This document shows positions 18,001-24,691 of a stretch of DNA of 38,193 nt, in pieces. Source of the DNA: Candidatus Tectimicrobiota bacterium (GTDB lineage: Bacteria; JACPSX01). Position 1 is the stretch's first letter. Each line of letters begins with the position of its first letter. A program made the position numbers and the translations under genes. The notes under the pieces were generated by a model that saw only the letters and a program-made list of their open reading frames with translations, did not search any database and was not told the origin of the DNA. The stretch spans positions 1-38,193 of the forward strand of contig JACPSX010000090.1 of NCBI GenBank assembly GCA_016193065.1, written 5' to 3'.

Positions 18001-18055
18001 AGAGAAAAAACTCCGGGCCGCCAACCGGGCGCGGACGAAAAACGAGATGGTTCAT
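15002..18055 (-). CDS. SNF2-family DEAD/DEAH helicase (DUF3670-type N-terminus)
   Basis: LRPYQ, LADDMGLGKT, DEAQ, LTGTP.EN, GGTGLNLT, WNPAVEDQATDRAHRIGQ; 4-nt overlap with the SWIM gene; start uncertain. Confidence 0.95.
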   Translation of the reverse strand: MNHLVFRPRPVGGPEFFLWGSDPGSANAGIIERLAASGRRATVRVVSDHGKAEQVRGLRIGLLDGVAVLARIEAADLEGVPASVAAWSLAAKLALDLVARERILPLVLPAPEGAEARWGVSLALPDDSQRFTALARAFPPAAHAVPTDREDHPLPSRGRRPQRQYRETVRFWAPETLLAEFLDATADALDREAAARTQVPLPAQGRGSWEGKFIAALTGSDPVFPTHGFLERGLPEEISGWVAPVRGALAANTPRVCLKLDPPGNGTRAGRGRPWELRYFLQAADDPSLLLPAERAWAAPGDRLQWMDRTFAAPQELLLQGLAQAARLFPPVERSLEAARPESVPLSDDEAWRFLSDGAPLLSEAGFTVLLPAELSPAGQRRLRLRMRVGAAPGVAGAVSGEGRLSLDGLVAYRWELALGDQTLSPQEFSALVALKRPLVQWRGEWVVLDPNEIAEIRHHLQKERGGKLQIPEALAAALGGTLPREGIRVPVEVVPEGLLISVIERLRAGMDPILPPADLQGTLRPYQERGLSWLALMARLGLGGCLADDMGLGKTVETIAFLLARRAAETGDPRPALIVCPTSVVGNWERELARFSPALPVLRHHGPERARDLKALRHTPPHAVVVTTYGLLRRDQALLGEMDWAVAVLDEAQNIKNAASRQAHAARALRATHRFALTGTPVENRLAELWSILHFCVPGLLGPLERFRRRFAVPIERYRDNGAAEELRRVIRPFVLRRLKSDPGILADLPPKQEMAVVCTLTREQATLYQAQVDEVMAKIEAAEGIQRRGIVLALLTALKQICNHPAHYLRERGPFPGRSGKLDRLTEMLEETVASGDRALVFTQFREMGDRLVAHLSGTLQREVPFLHGGVPRAARDAMVRRFQEDGPPVFVLSLKAGGTGLNLTHATRVFHFDRWWNPAVEDQATDRAHRIGQRRLVQVYRLLTAGTVEEKIDALLTDKRALAERIVGASEAWITELSDAELRGLFALSRDAVVADNEDETAAPAKAGSRKGRK

Positions 18056-18135
18056 AGTAGAAATCCCGGGGGGCACCTTAGCGGAAGGGCTCGCCCAGGT
18101 CAACGGAAAATCCAACAGCTAAAAATTGAGAGGAC

Positions 18136-18251
18136 CTCGGGGCGCGCACTCAGGAGTGTTACACCCGCGCCGTGCGCATGCTTTGTGACTTCTACGGCAA
18201 GAGCCCGAATCTCGTTCGAGATTCTGCACCCCCAGTGAGGGAAAAGACTGC
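18136..18251 (+). pseudogene. Tyrosine recombinase N-terminal (SAM-like) remnant, internally deleted, fused to cupin tail copy 2
   Basis: LGARTQECYTRAVRMLCDFYGKSPNL//EILHPQ*GKRLPAV; homologous to 19721-19876. Confidence 0.75.
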
Positions 18252-18376
18252 CGGCCGTGATCCTGGCAATCAAGCCGATCCCTCTGCAGGAGTACCTGGG
18301 GGAGGTTCACATCGAGCGCAAGGGGGATCAGCCGAAGATCAACGAGTCCTGGAAACCCGGCCCCGACGATTTCTAG
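18252..18376 (+). repeat. Displaced cupin 3' tail, copy 2
   Basis: AVILAIKPIPLQEYLGEVHIERKGDQPKINESWKPGPDDF*; versus copy 1, 8 synonymous and 1 non-synonymous codon differences up to WKP. Confidence 0.95.
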
Positions 18377-18442
18377 ATTCTCTCTCCGTGTGGGGAAATT
18401 GGAACGAAGAAGATCTCTTCGTTTCGTTCGGAAGTTTTTCAG

Positions 18443-18625
18443 CTAGCGCGATATCTGGTAGATCACCGGACGGTAGCGTGGCGGCGGGATCGGCTTCCCC
18501 GCCTTCTGAGCCGCTTCCAGCCAGGCCACCTTGGCGCGCTCCAACTCCTCTAGTGCCTTCTCGGGGGTCTCACCAAAGGCGGAGCAGGACTCCAAGTCCG
18601 TAATGTCGGCGATGGTGTCCCTTCA
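18443..18625 (-). pseudogene. hicB: 5'-deleted HicB family antitoxin
   Basis: IADITDLESCSAFGETPEKALEELERAKVAWLEAAQKAGKPIPPPRYRPVIYQISR*; no intact N-terminus. Confidence 0.75.
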
Positions 18626-18654
18626 AATGACTTGTGCCCTTTGTTGGGGATCGT

Positions 18655-18864
18655 TCATGGGTATTCGTACACAGGGGTCTCGATCACTCTGGCAGGCTTC
18701 TTCCGCCCCTTGATCAAAGCTTGAATGTGCTCCACGGTCTCAGGGGAAAAGGACTGCTCCCCAGTCTCCCGGCACACACGGGCTGGCACATGCTCAATAA
18801 TGTAGAATTTCCCGCCGTGGGCCAAGGTGTACGTGACTTCCGTTTCAATCATTGTTTCCTTCAT
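18655..18864 (-). CDS. YgiT-type zinc finger (MqsA-like) protein
   Basis: VTYT...GKFYIIEHVPARVCRETGEQ.FSPETVE motif. Confidence 0.8.
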   Translation of the reverse strand: MKETMIETEVTYTLAHGGKFYIIEHVPARVCRETGEQSFSPETVEHIQALIKGRKKPARVIETPVYEYP

Positions 18865-18875
18865 GTTGACTCACC

Positions 18876-18962
18876 TCATGGGTCCTGCTTCCTGATCCGG
18901 AAGTCCACCCATAGATCCGGGTCTGGTTCATAGAGCGTGATAATCTTGATCAGCGGACGGCC
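18876..18962 (-). pseudogene. C-terminal stub of DUF4258-type toxin
   Basis: RPLIKIITLYEPDPDLWVDFRIRKQDP* directly upstream of the YgiT-type gene, its usual partner. Confidence 0.7.
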
Positions 18963-19026
18963 AAGTGACCTCAAGGGTGACCGATGGCTGGAGGACCTCG
19001 ATAGGTTAGGCGAGAATTGTTCCTGA

Positions 19027-19257
19027 CTACTTTCCTGTGGTGATGAGATTAAGCACTTTCGCCTGCACCCCTTCCATGATTACATCTCTCACGAAAGTGC
19101 TGGCGTTTAAGATCTCTATCCCAATGAGCTCGCCTTTGTCATTCAGCTCTGCTGTAATGTTGGGACTCAGCTCGATACTGTTTGCTTCTTTCTCATCGGC
19201 AATGACGAGATGCAGAATGTCTTCTTGCTCGAAGTACGCCATCCTCGGTTTCTTCAT
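19027..19257 (-). CDS. DUF2283 domain protein (antitoxin-like)
   Basis: YFEQEDILHL...SIELSPNITAELNDKGELIGIEILNAS; followed by GCCTAAC (19011-19005) inverse core. Confidence 0.85.
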   Translation of the reverse strand: MKKPRMAYFEQEDILHLVIADEKEANSIELSPNITAELNDKGELIGIEILNASTFVRDVIMEGVQAKVLNLITTGK

Positions 19258-19463
19258 GGTCTGAATCTCCCTGTCCGCAGCCGAAAGTTGACTTGCTGCC
19301 GGGTGGTGGCATGAATGGTGATCGGCGTCAGGGTGTCATGCTCTTGTTCATAGGGCACCATAACTAACCGATTCCCGTGTCGTCCAATGGCCACCATGCG
19401 CTGTGTGGCCGTATCGAAGTAGCGTTCTTCAGAAAGTTTCAAGTAGTCGGTCCAGATAATCAT
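19254..19463 (-). pseudogene. DUF4258/BrnT-like toxin, probably internally deleted
   Basis: IIWTDYLK joins directly to LSEERYFDT...LVMVPYE...TPITIHATTRQQ; the helix expected between them appears missing; ATGA overlap with the DUF2283 gene. Confidence 0.55.
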
Positions 19464-19522
19464 TCTCGTTCGCCTGCGTCACCACTCCGATAATCCGGAC
19501 ACGTTTGGATGCTTCTCCTGCC

Positions 19523-19582
19523 GCCTAACGGACTGCCCATAAGCCGACGGCGCAACCGGTCGGCTTCATGGGCTTGTTCAAG
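19523..19582 (-). other. Integron attC site (60 bp, well preserved)
   Basis: Minus strand CTTGAAC-AAG-CCCAT(G)AAGCCGAC-...-GTCGGCTTATGGG-CAGTCC-GTTAGGC, with an extrahelical G and a perfect GTTRRRY. Confidence 0.88.
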
Positions 19583-19720
19583 TAAGCCGCTCCACGGCAG
19601 CATTTTCTTCCCACTGTAACAGACTTCCATCCTCCTGCCACAAAAAAAGTTCCAAGGGCTTTTCGGACCAGCCGGTCATCTGCTTTCCTTTTCCTGGTCC
19701 GCGCCGTCAACGGACACATC

Positions 19721-19876
19721 ATGACCGACTGGTACGAACAATCGGTGGCGGCCCTGCCACTGGACGGATTCGGGGCGCGCACTGAGCAGTGCTACACCCA
19801 CGCCGTAAACATGCTTTTCGACTTCTGCGGCCAGAGCCCGGCTCTCTCCTGCGCGCCCAGCAGGAGAAAGGGCTGC
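19721..19876 (+). pseudogene. Tyrosine recombinase N-terminal remnant fused to cupin tail copy 3
   Basis: MTDWYEQSVAALPLDGFGARTEQCYTHAVNMLFDFCGQSPAL//LRAQQEKGLPAV. Confidence 0.78.
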
Positions 19877-20001
19877 CGGCGGTGATCCTGGCAATCAAGC
19901 CGATCCCCTTGCAGGAGTACTTTGGAGAGGTCCACATCGAGCGCAAGGGGGACCAGCCGAAGATCAACGAATCTTGGAAACCCGACTCCCTCGGCTTCTA
20001 A
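19877..20001 (+). repeat. Displaced cupin 3' tail, copy 3
   Basis: AVILAIKPIPLQEYFGEVHIERKGDQPKINESWKPDSLGF*; 13 mismatches in 125 versus copy 1, 8 of 11 changed codons synonymous. Confidence 0.95.
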
Positions 20002-20019
20002 TCCGCCTCTTCGCGTGGG

Positions 20020-20118
20020 CGACAACGCACTGGCGCTCAGCCGCGGACGGCGCGCCACCGCTGCCAAGTGAACAATGATGCGCGCCGACCGTCGGCTGCA
20101 AACGGTGAGTGGGACGGC
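20020..20118 (-). other. Degenerate attC site
   Basis: Minus strand CGTTT(G)CAGCCGACGGTCGGCGCGC...GCGCGCCGTCCGCGGCTGAGCG..GC-GTTGTCG; inverse core is mutated. Confidence 0.65.
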
Positions 20119-20138
20119 ATAAGGGCACGGATGATTTT

Positions 20139-21866
20139 CTAGGTCGCCAAGGAACTCTGACTTGCTTGGCTGTCGTCATAGCAGCGGCCTTCGGGGCCGC
20201 CGATGACTAGAGAACCTCGACCTGTCTGCGTGCAACGCACAGGCAGATAGGTGTTTGGTGTAGGGCCTCGCGGGCCCAGCATGCTCCTCTTGAGAGACTT
20301 GCTTGTGCGGATGAAAACCCTATCTCTCTGGTAGTCGAAATAGGCACGTTCGTTAACGAACTCGAAGTCAGAAACGGCAAACTTCGCCCGGCCCCACTCC
20401 CGACGGCTCCACTGCGGGCCAATCTCTTCTACCCGAGACACCTGATGGCCTTCGTGGGTCCAGGTCTGGGACTGGTTCAGTGAGGGCTGCTTGGGGCAAA
20501 TGGTGTATAGGAACTCTGTCACCTTCCTCAGAGCAGCACAATCCTCCATGTTGTACGTCGTCAACGTTTCCTTGAAAGCCGCCGAAATGGTCGCCTCCCA
20601 CTTGCGTCTCCAAACGATACTTTGAATGCCTGACGCTTCCGCTTCCGTCCACCTGAATCCCAGATACCTGCCGATGTCCTTTAGACTGTTGGAATAGGTG
20701 GGAAAGTAAACGTGCGAATAAATGATCGAGAGAACGTTTACCGAGCGAGTCAGAATTTTCTCGTCAAGCTCGTGCCGGCCCGATTCCTTTATCATTCGCC
20801 GCAGGAACGCGGACTCATAGCTTCCGTAGGAGTAGAGGCAATAGTCTTCCAACACGTCCATCACATCGAGGAATTGCTGGAACAGTTGGGGCTCCTCGGC
20901 CTGGGTGTCGACCCAGAACGAGTGACGCTCCTCTGTCCCGTTCCGCTCGATGATCACGCCCCCCAGGTATGCGAAGCGACGTTCTGGGTCGCCCTCTATG
21001 TCGAAGTATATCCGAGTGGAGCAGGACGGTAATTCGGGGGGACTGAGCACATAGATCTTCTTGTCGCGAATGGCCAGTGCCTGTAAGGCTGGGTGATGAG
21101 GCTGACTCTTCTGTTTCGACTGCTTGCTCCTCTTCCGGGGTCGGAAGGTGCAGGATAACTGGGTGATCGTGAAGATGCCTCTTTTGTTGTACTTTTTGAT
21201 CTCCTTCTCGCTCATTCTCCGTAGTAAGCTGAGGTCATCCTTCGCTGTCGCCTCTGCGTGACAGTGTTGCCGGAACTCGCAGATCTGGCAATGGCTGTTG
21301 AGCATGAGCCTCGGAGGCATGTCTTGGCCATGGATTTCCCTGATCTCCTGCATGGTCCGCTGGGCATTTTCAACATTCGCGTTCAGCTTGATCCTCCTGA
21401 CATTGCAGCCTCGCCCGTGAATGAGAACCCCGCTGCCGGGGTATCTCCCTTGGAGATCGCCGATGATTAGGCCGCACACCTCTAACAGATCCTTCTGCAG
21501 CCTGCTGGGCCTTTCAGTCTCGTGGAACAACACCGGAATGTAGTGGAAATTGCCTAGCGGTGACGGTCCAGCTTCTTTCTGGAGGGCATCAAAACGGACG
21601 GAAAGCTCTTTATCCTCTACAGAGGCATTCAAGAAAAGTGGCACGCCGTCCATCAACGTCGCAAGCGTCATGGCAAGGCCCCGCAGGATATCATCTTCCT
21701 TGTGCCGGGCCACAAGTTTGTCCGCGGCTGCCAGCCGTATCAGGTTTCTGGACTCTACCAACAGTAACTCATAGTCTGATCGGATACCCTGTTTCTTGGC
21801 CAGCTTCAGGTGTCCCTTGTACTTGCATTGCAAGTAACTCTCCAGAACGGCCCTGGTGATCTTCAT
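20139..21866 (-). CDS. TM0106-family RecB/Cas4-like nuclease with RNase H-like domain, probably 3'-truncated
   Basis: N-terminal YLQCKYK plus HCQICEFRQHC (four-Cys cluster), DDLSLL..MS, GIFTITQL, YFDIEG, YSNSLKDI, YNMEDC.AL; the last ~45 codons run through a palindromic element and a hairpin. Confidence 0.8.
   Translation of the reverse strand: MKITRAVLESYLQCKYKGHLKLAKKQGIRSDYELLLVESRNLIRLAAADKLVARHKEDDILRGLAMTLATLMDGVPLFLNASVEDKELSVRFDALQKEAGPSPLGNFHYIPVLFHETERPSRLQKDLLEVCGLIIGDLQGRYPGSGVLIHGRGCNVRRIKLNANVENAQRTMQEIREIHGQDMPPRLMLNSHCQICEFRQHCHAEATAKDDLSLLRRMSEKEIKKYNKRGIFTITQLSCTFRPRKRSKQSKQKSQPHHPALQALAIRDKKIYVLSPPELPSCSTRIYFDIEGDPERRFAYLGGVIIERNGTEERHSFWVDTQAEEPQLFQQFLDVMDVLEDYCLYSYGSYESAFLRRMIKESGRHELDEKILTRSVNVLSIIYSHVYFPTYSNSLKDIGRYLGFRWTEAEASGIQSIVWRRKWEATISAAFKETLTTYNMEDCAALRKVTEFLYTICPKQPSLNQSQTWTHEGHQVSRVEEIGPQWSRREWGRAKFAVSDFEFVNERAYFDYQRDRVFIRTSKSLKRSMLGPRGPTPNTYLPVRCTQTGRGSLVIGGPEGRCYDDSQASQSSLAT
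20221..20246 (+). repeat. Single palindromic micro-element (CCTGTCTGCG..CGCACAGGCAG)
   Basis: CCTGTCTGCGTGCAACGCACAGGCAG, same family as 13779 and 26653. Confidence 0.8.
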
Positions 21867-22094
21867 GACTTATCTCTAAACCGGAATTTCCTGTTTGATC
21901 CGAAACTTCACGTAAAGATAGTGTCCTATGATTATCTCTGCCACCCTAGCAGCCGTCATAGGCGCCTTGCTCGCCAAACAGATTCTCGAAGTCACACCAT
22001 CGATTCATAGTCAATAGGTGAGACTCCGAGGAAGAGGGAACCATCTGCTCAGAAAGCACCCTCGATCCTAACCATCCCTACTGCGTCAGAGATG

Positions 22095-22231
22095 TCAGCT
22101 AACGGGCCGCTCACGCCTTTGCCGCCCCGGCTTAGAACGAGCGTATAGATCGTGGTGGTCTTGACATCCTTGTGGCCGAGAAGCTCCTGGACGGTGCTCG
22201 TGCTGTAGCTATCTTTCAGGAAAGATGTGGT
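22095..22231 (-). pseudogene. intI: C-terminal remnant of an integron integrase
   Basis: [41 protein letters not shown] matches the IntI consensus [38 protein letters not shown]. Confidence 0.85.
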
Positions 22232-22277
22232 AAGGGTTGGGGAGGACCAGAGAGGACGTCCGTCATCCATACTCAAT

Positions 22278-22372
22278 CCTCCAGACGTGAGACCTGGAAC
22301 TCGGATGGAAGCTGCAAGTTCGCGGTGGGTGGATTGTAAACCCGTCCAGTTCGCGGGCACAAGGAGTTTTTC
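22278..22372 (-). repeat. 95-bp direct repeat, copy A (coding remnant of an unknown gene)
   Basis: 11 mismatches versus 23110-23204; minus frame [31 protein letters not shown]. Confidence 0.85.
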
Positions 22373-22520
22373 CACAGACCTTTTGTCCTGTAGGATGCCT
22401 GTTCACCCCCGCCCTCCCCCTCCACCCGTCAAAAAAGCGATTATGGGAGCCTGATCCTATATAAGCGCGTCCTTTGCAGCGGCAGATCAAAGTGCATGGG
22501 CTCAACAGCCATGATCACGG

Positions 22521-22805
22521 TCACTGAATTTCCAGTCTATTGAGTTTTTTCATCAGCCAACGTTCAAACTTGGCATTCTCACCGAAACGGTGCTTTGCGT
22601 GACTGAGGATTTGATCGCGTTGAACTTGGGGAAGCTCTCGTATAAGCCCCATCCCTTGGTCAATCGCGTCGGGAGATGAATTCGAGAGAAGTTTTCGCAG
22701 AGCCTTGCTGCAAGGATGCTCCTCACCGAGAAGATCCATCGCGACACGAGCCGCGGCCTCAAAATAATCTCGGGGTATGGCAGGTTTGTCGTTTTGCGTA
22801 GCCAT
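22521..22805 (-). CDS. Hypothetical helical protein
   Basis: GGAGG RBS before ATG 22805; lower GC than the flanks; bracketed by the 95-bp repeats. Confidence 0.55.
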   Translation of the reverse strand: MATQNDKPAIPRDYFEAAARVAMDLLGEEHPCSKALRKLLSNSSPDAIDQGMGLIRELPQVQRDQILSHAKHRFGENAKFERWLMKKLNRLEIQ

Positions 22806-23109
22806 AGAATACCTCCGTTGCGTGTCTTGTAATCTAATATCATCAAATTGACAGGCGCGCCGCACTCATTCGTGCGTCGGTAAGCCCTTGCTTAGCCATG
22901 TCCCTTCAGCCTGGCCTTAGCATGCTCGATTTTGTTGATAGCCTGCTGTGGTAGATACAGGAGCGCATTCTTGAAGGATCTGAGTGAATCTTCTCCCCAC
23001 CCGCGCCTTTCCCGATTAACCTCCTGAGCTGCAAGAGAGTAGCTGACAAGTGCGCCGGGCTCCTGGTGCCCTTGCCCCCCCGGTTGAGGATGTGCGTATA
23101 GATCTCGAC

Positions 23110-23204
23110 CCTCCAGACGTGGGACCTGAAACTCGGATGGAAGCTACAAGCTCGCGGTAAGTGGATTGTAAACCGGTCCCGTTTGCAGGTACAAGGAGTT
23201 TTTC
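23110..23204 (-). repeat. 95-bp direct repeat, copy B
   Basis: [31 protein letters not shown]; about half of the differences from copy A are synonymous. Confidence 0.85.
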
Positions 23205-23253
23205 TCCCCCGGCTGGAGAGCCTCCATGTCCGGCCGGTCTCAGGTTTGATAAG

Positions 23254-23687
23254 TCAGGATCGATAGTCGCCGATCCAGCGAACGCGAGAGCCTTTTTCCG
23301 GCAGGCGTTGTAGAAGGCACGGTCTCCAGTCCACACTTCACTGTCCAGCTTCTCTGCAATGGCGAGATAGGCTCCATCATAGGCGGATACCCTCCACTGC
23401 AAGGAAAGCAAGAAGATCCGGGAGGGATCTGCGGGAATTAGCCGGATTCCCGCAGCGAGCAGGGAGGTGAGCCCTTCTTCTGCTTGATGCCTGGAAAGTC
23501 GCAGCCGGCGCGTTGCGGTAACCATCCCATTGGCCAGCTCGTAAACAAGTAGGGACGGCGCAGCGAGGTTGATCCGGCCATGCAGAAGGAAATCATCTCG
23601 CAAGGCAATCGCTTGGGCCACAGCATCTTCATCGTCCAGTTGCCATTTCAGAACTACGGACGCATCAACAACAATCGGGGAGGGCAC
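23254..23687 (-). pseudogene. vapC: PIN-domain VapC toxin with a 1-nt frameshift near the C-terminus
   Basis: VVDASVVLKW, YELAN, SAYDGAYLA.A, WTGD; adding one A in the A5 run (23293-23297) restores the family-like end KGSRVRWIGDYRS*. Confidence 0.75.
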
Positions 23688-24208
23688 TATCTCCGTCTTC
23701 CCTCTCGGATCAGCTCGGAGACGGGAATGTCAATGGCTCCGATCTTTTTGCGGAGACGGTTCATCCGCTCGACGAGAGCCCGGTTGGGTTCTTTCTTTTC
23801 CTTAACAACCGGCACCCTCTCCATCTTTTTGAGCAGATCCCGCAGAAAGGCCCGGATGGTCACGGTGCGCTCTCCGTTCCGGTGAGGGTATACATCGGAG
23901 GGGTATGTCTTTCCTGGCTCATAGATCAAGAGTGCGGGAACGGCTCTTCCAAACAAAAATCCCGAGCGCCTGTTGCTCCCGAACACCTTCCTTACCTGAT
24001 ACTTCTTGTAAACGGCCGGCAGCAAAGCTTCGTCATATAGGTTCGACAATTCTCCGTCCGGCATACTACGGATGTCAATGATCTCGCAGGATATTCCCAG
24101 CTCTTCGAGTCGTCGCAAGATTTCCTCGATTTCAGGGAGGTCAAACCCCTCGTTGACCGGATCGCCCAAGGGGAGCATTTCCGAATGATAGACAAGCTTG
24201 AGTCTCAT
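23687..24208 (-). CDS. Unusual 173-aa VapB-like protein: unknown alpha/beta domain plus C-terminal antitoxin-like helix
   Basis: Stop overlaps the vapC start; C-terminus ALVERMNRLRKKIGAIDIPVSELIREGRRR resembles VapB neutralising tails. Confidence 0.65.
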   Translation of the reverse strand: MRLKLVYHSEMLPLGDPVNEGFDLPEIEEILRRLEELGISCEIIDIRSMPDGELSNLYDEALLPAVYKKYQVRKVFGSNRRSGFLFGRAVPALLIYEPGKTYPSDVYPHRNGERTVTIRAFLRDLLKKMERVPVVKEKKEPNRALVERMNRLRKKIGAIDIPVSELIREGRRR

Positions 24209-24634
24209 CTCGACTACCTCTACCTGTACCCCTACCACATCCCCTCCCACAGGTCAAGCCGATTTTTCTTTAGTAATTCCTGAAGCCTCTGGATTTTCTG
24301 GCCGGCCATATGGCCCGGGACTCGTCGCCGTTAGGTGGCGCCATGAATATAACTTTGCTCGACTTCACGAGGCCCTGGATCTGGCTGTGCTCGCCACACG
24401 CCATCAGCCCAGCCTGCGCTTGTTCCGGGAGAGCTTATCTCCCATGGAATATCCCAGCGAAGTGCAGGTGCGCAAAATGCAGTAAACCGGAGAGGTGTGT
24501 TTCCGTCAGCCGGATTGAATTGCGAAACGTTCCATGAAACTGTTACCTCTGTGCCCGGTACATTTGTTACCATTGACTCCGGTCCGAATAAGGGGAGAGG
24601 ATGGGAAAGAGAGTGGTAGAGAAATGCGAAGGGA

Positions 24635-24670
24635 CCCCTCACCCCGGCCCTCTCCCCCAAAGGGCGAGGG
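24635..24670 (+). repeat. CCCCTCA-type REP-like hairpin
   Basis: CCCCTCACCCCGGCCCTCTCCCCCAAAGGGCGAGGG, just downstream of the hpnD-like stop. Confidence 0.7.
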
Positions 24671-24691
24671 AACTGTTGTGGAGTCCGGACA

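Noticed and set aside
12927-20001. Diversity-generating retroelement TR/VR pair (about 120-bp repeats at a gene 3' end)
   Set aside because: Mismatches are not adenine-specific in any pairing, are mostly synonymous, and no reverse transcriptase is present.
22268-22277. CATACTCAAT near the intI stump matching the end of the putative attI repeat (534-543)
   Set aside because: Only a 10-mer, with no flanking similarity or following GTT; may be chance.
22325-22350. tRNA-Tyr-like anticodon arm (GTGGATTGTAAACCCG)
   Set aside because: No acceptor stem, T-loop GTTCGA or CCA in register.
22320-23175. Selenoprotein UxxC remnant (plus frame SSR[TGG/TAA]VDC, implying an ancestral TGA)
   Set aside because: The minus-strand frame is stop-free in both copies and explains the synonymous pattern at least as well; neither copy has TGA and no SECIS is evident.
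24250-24630. Possible additional cassette remnant ending in ACCTAAC (minus strand, near 24330)
   Set aside because: Only the inverse core heptamer is visible, with no pairing arms or recognisable ORF; too weak to annotate.
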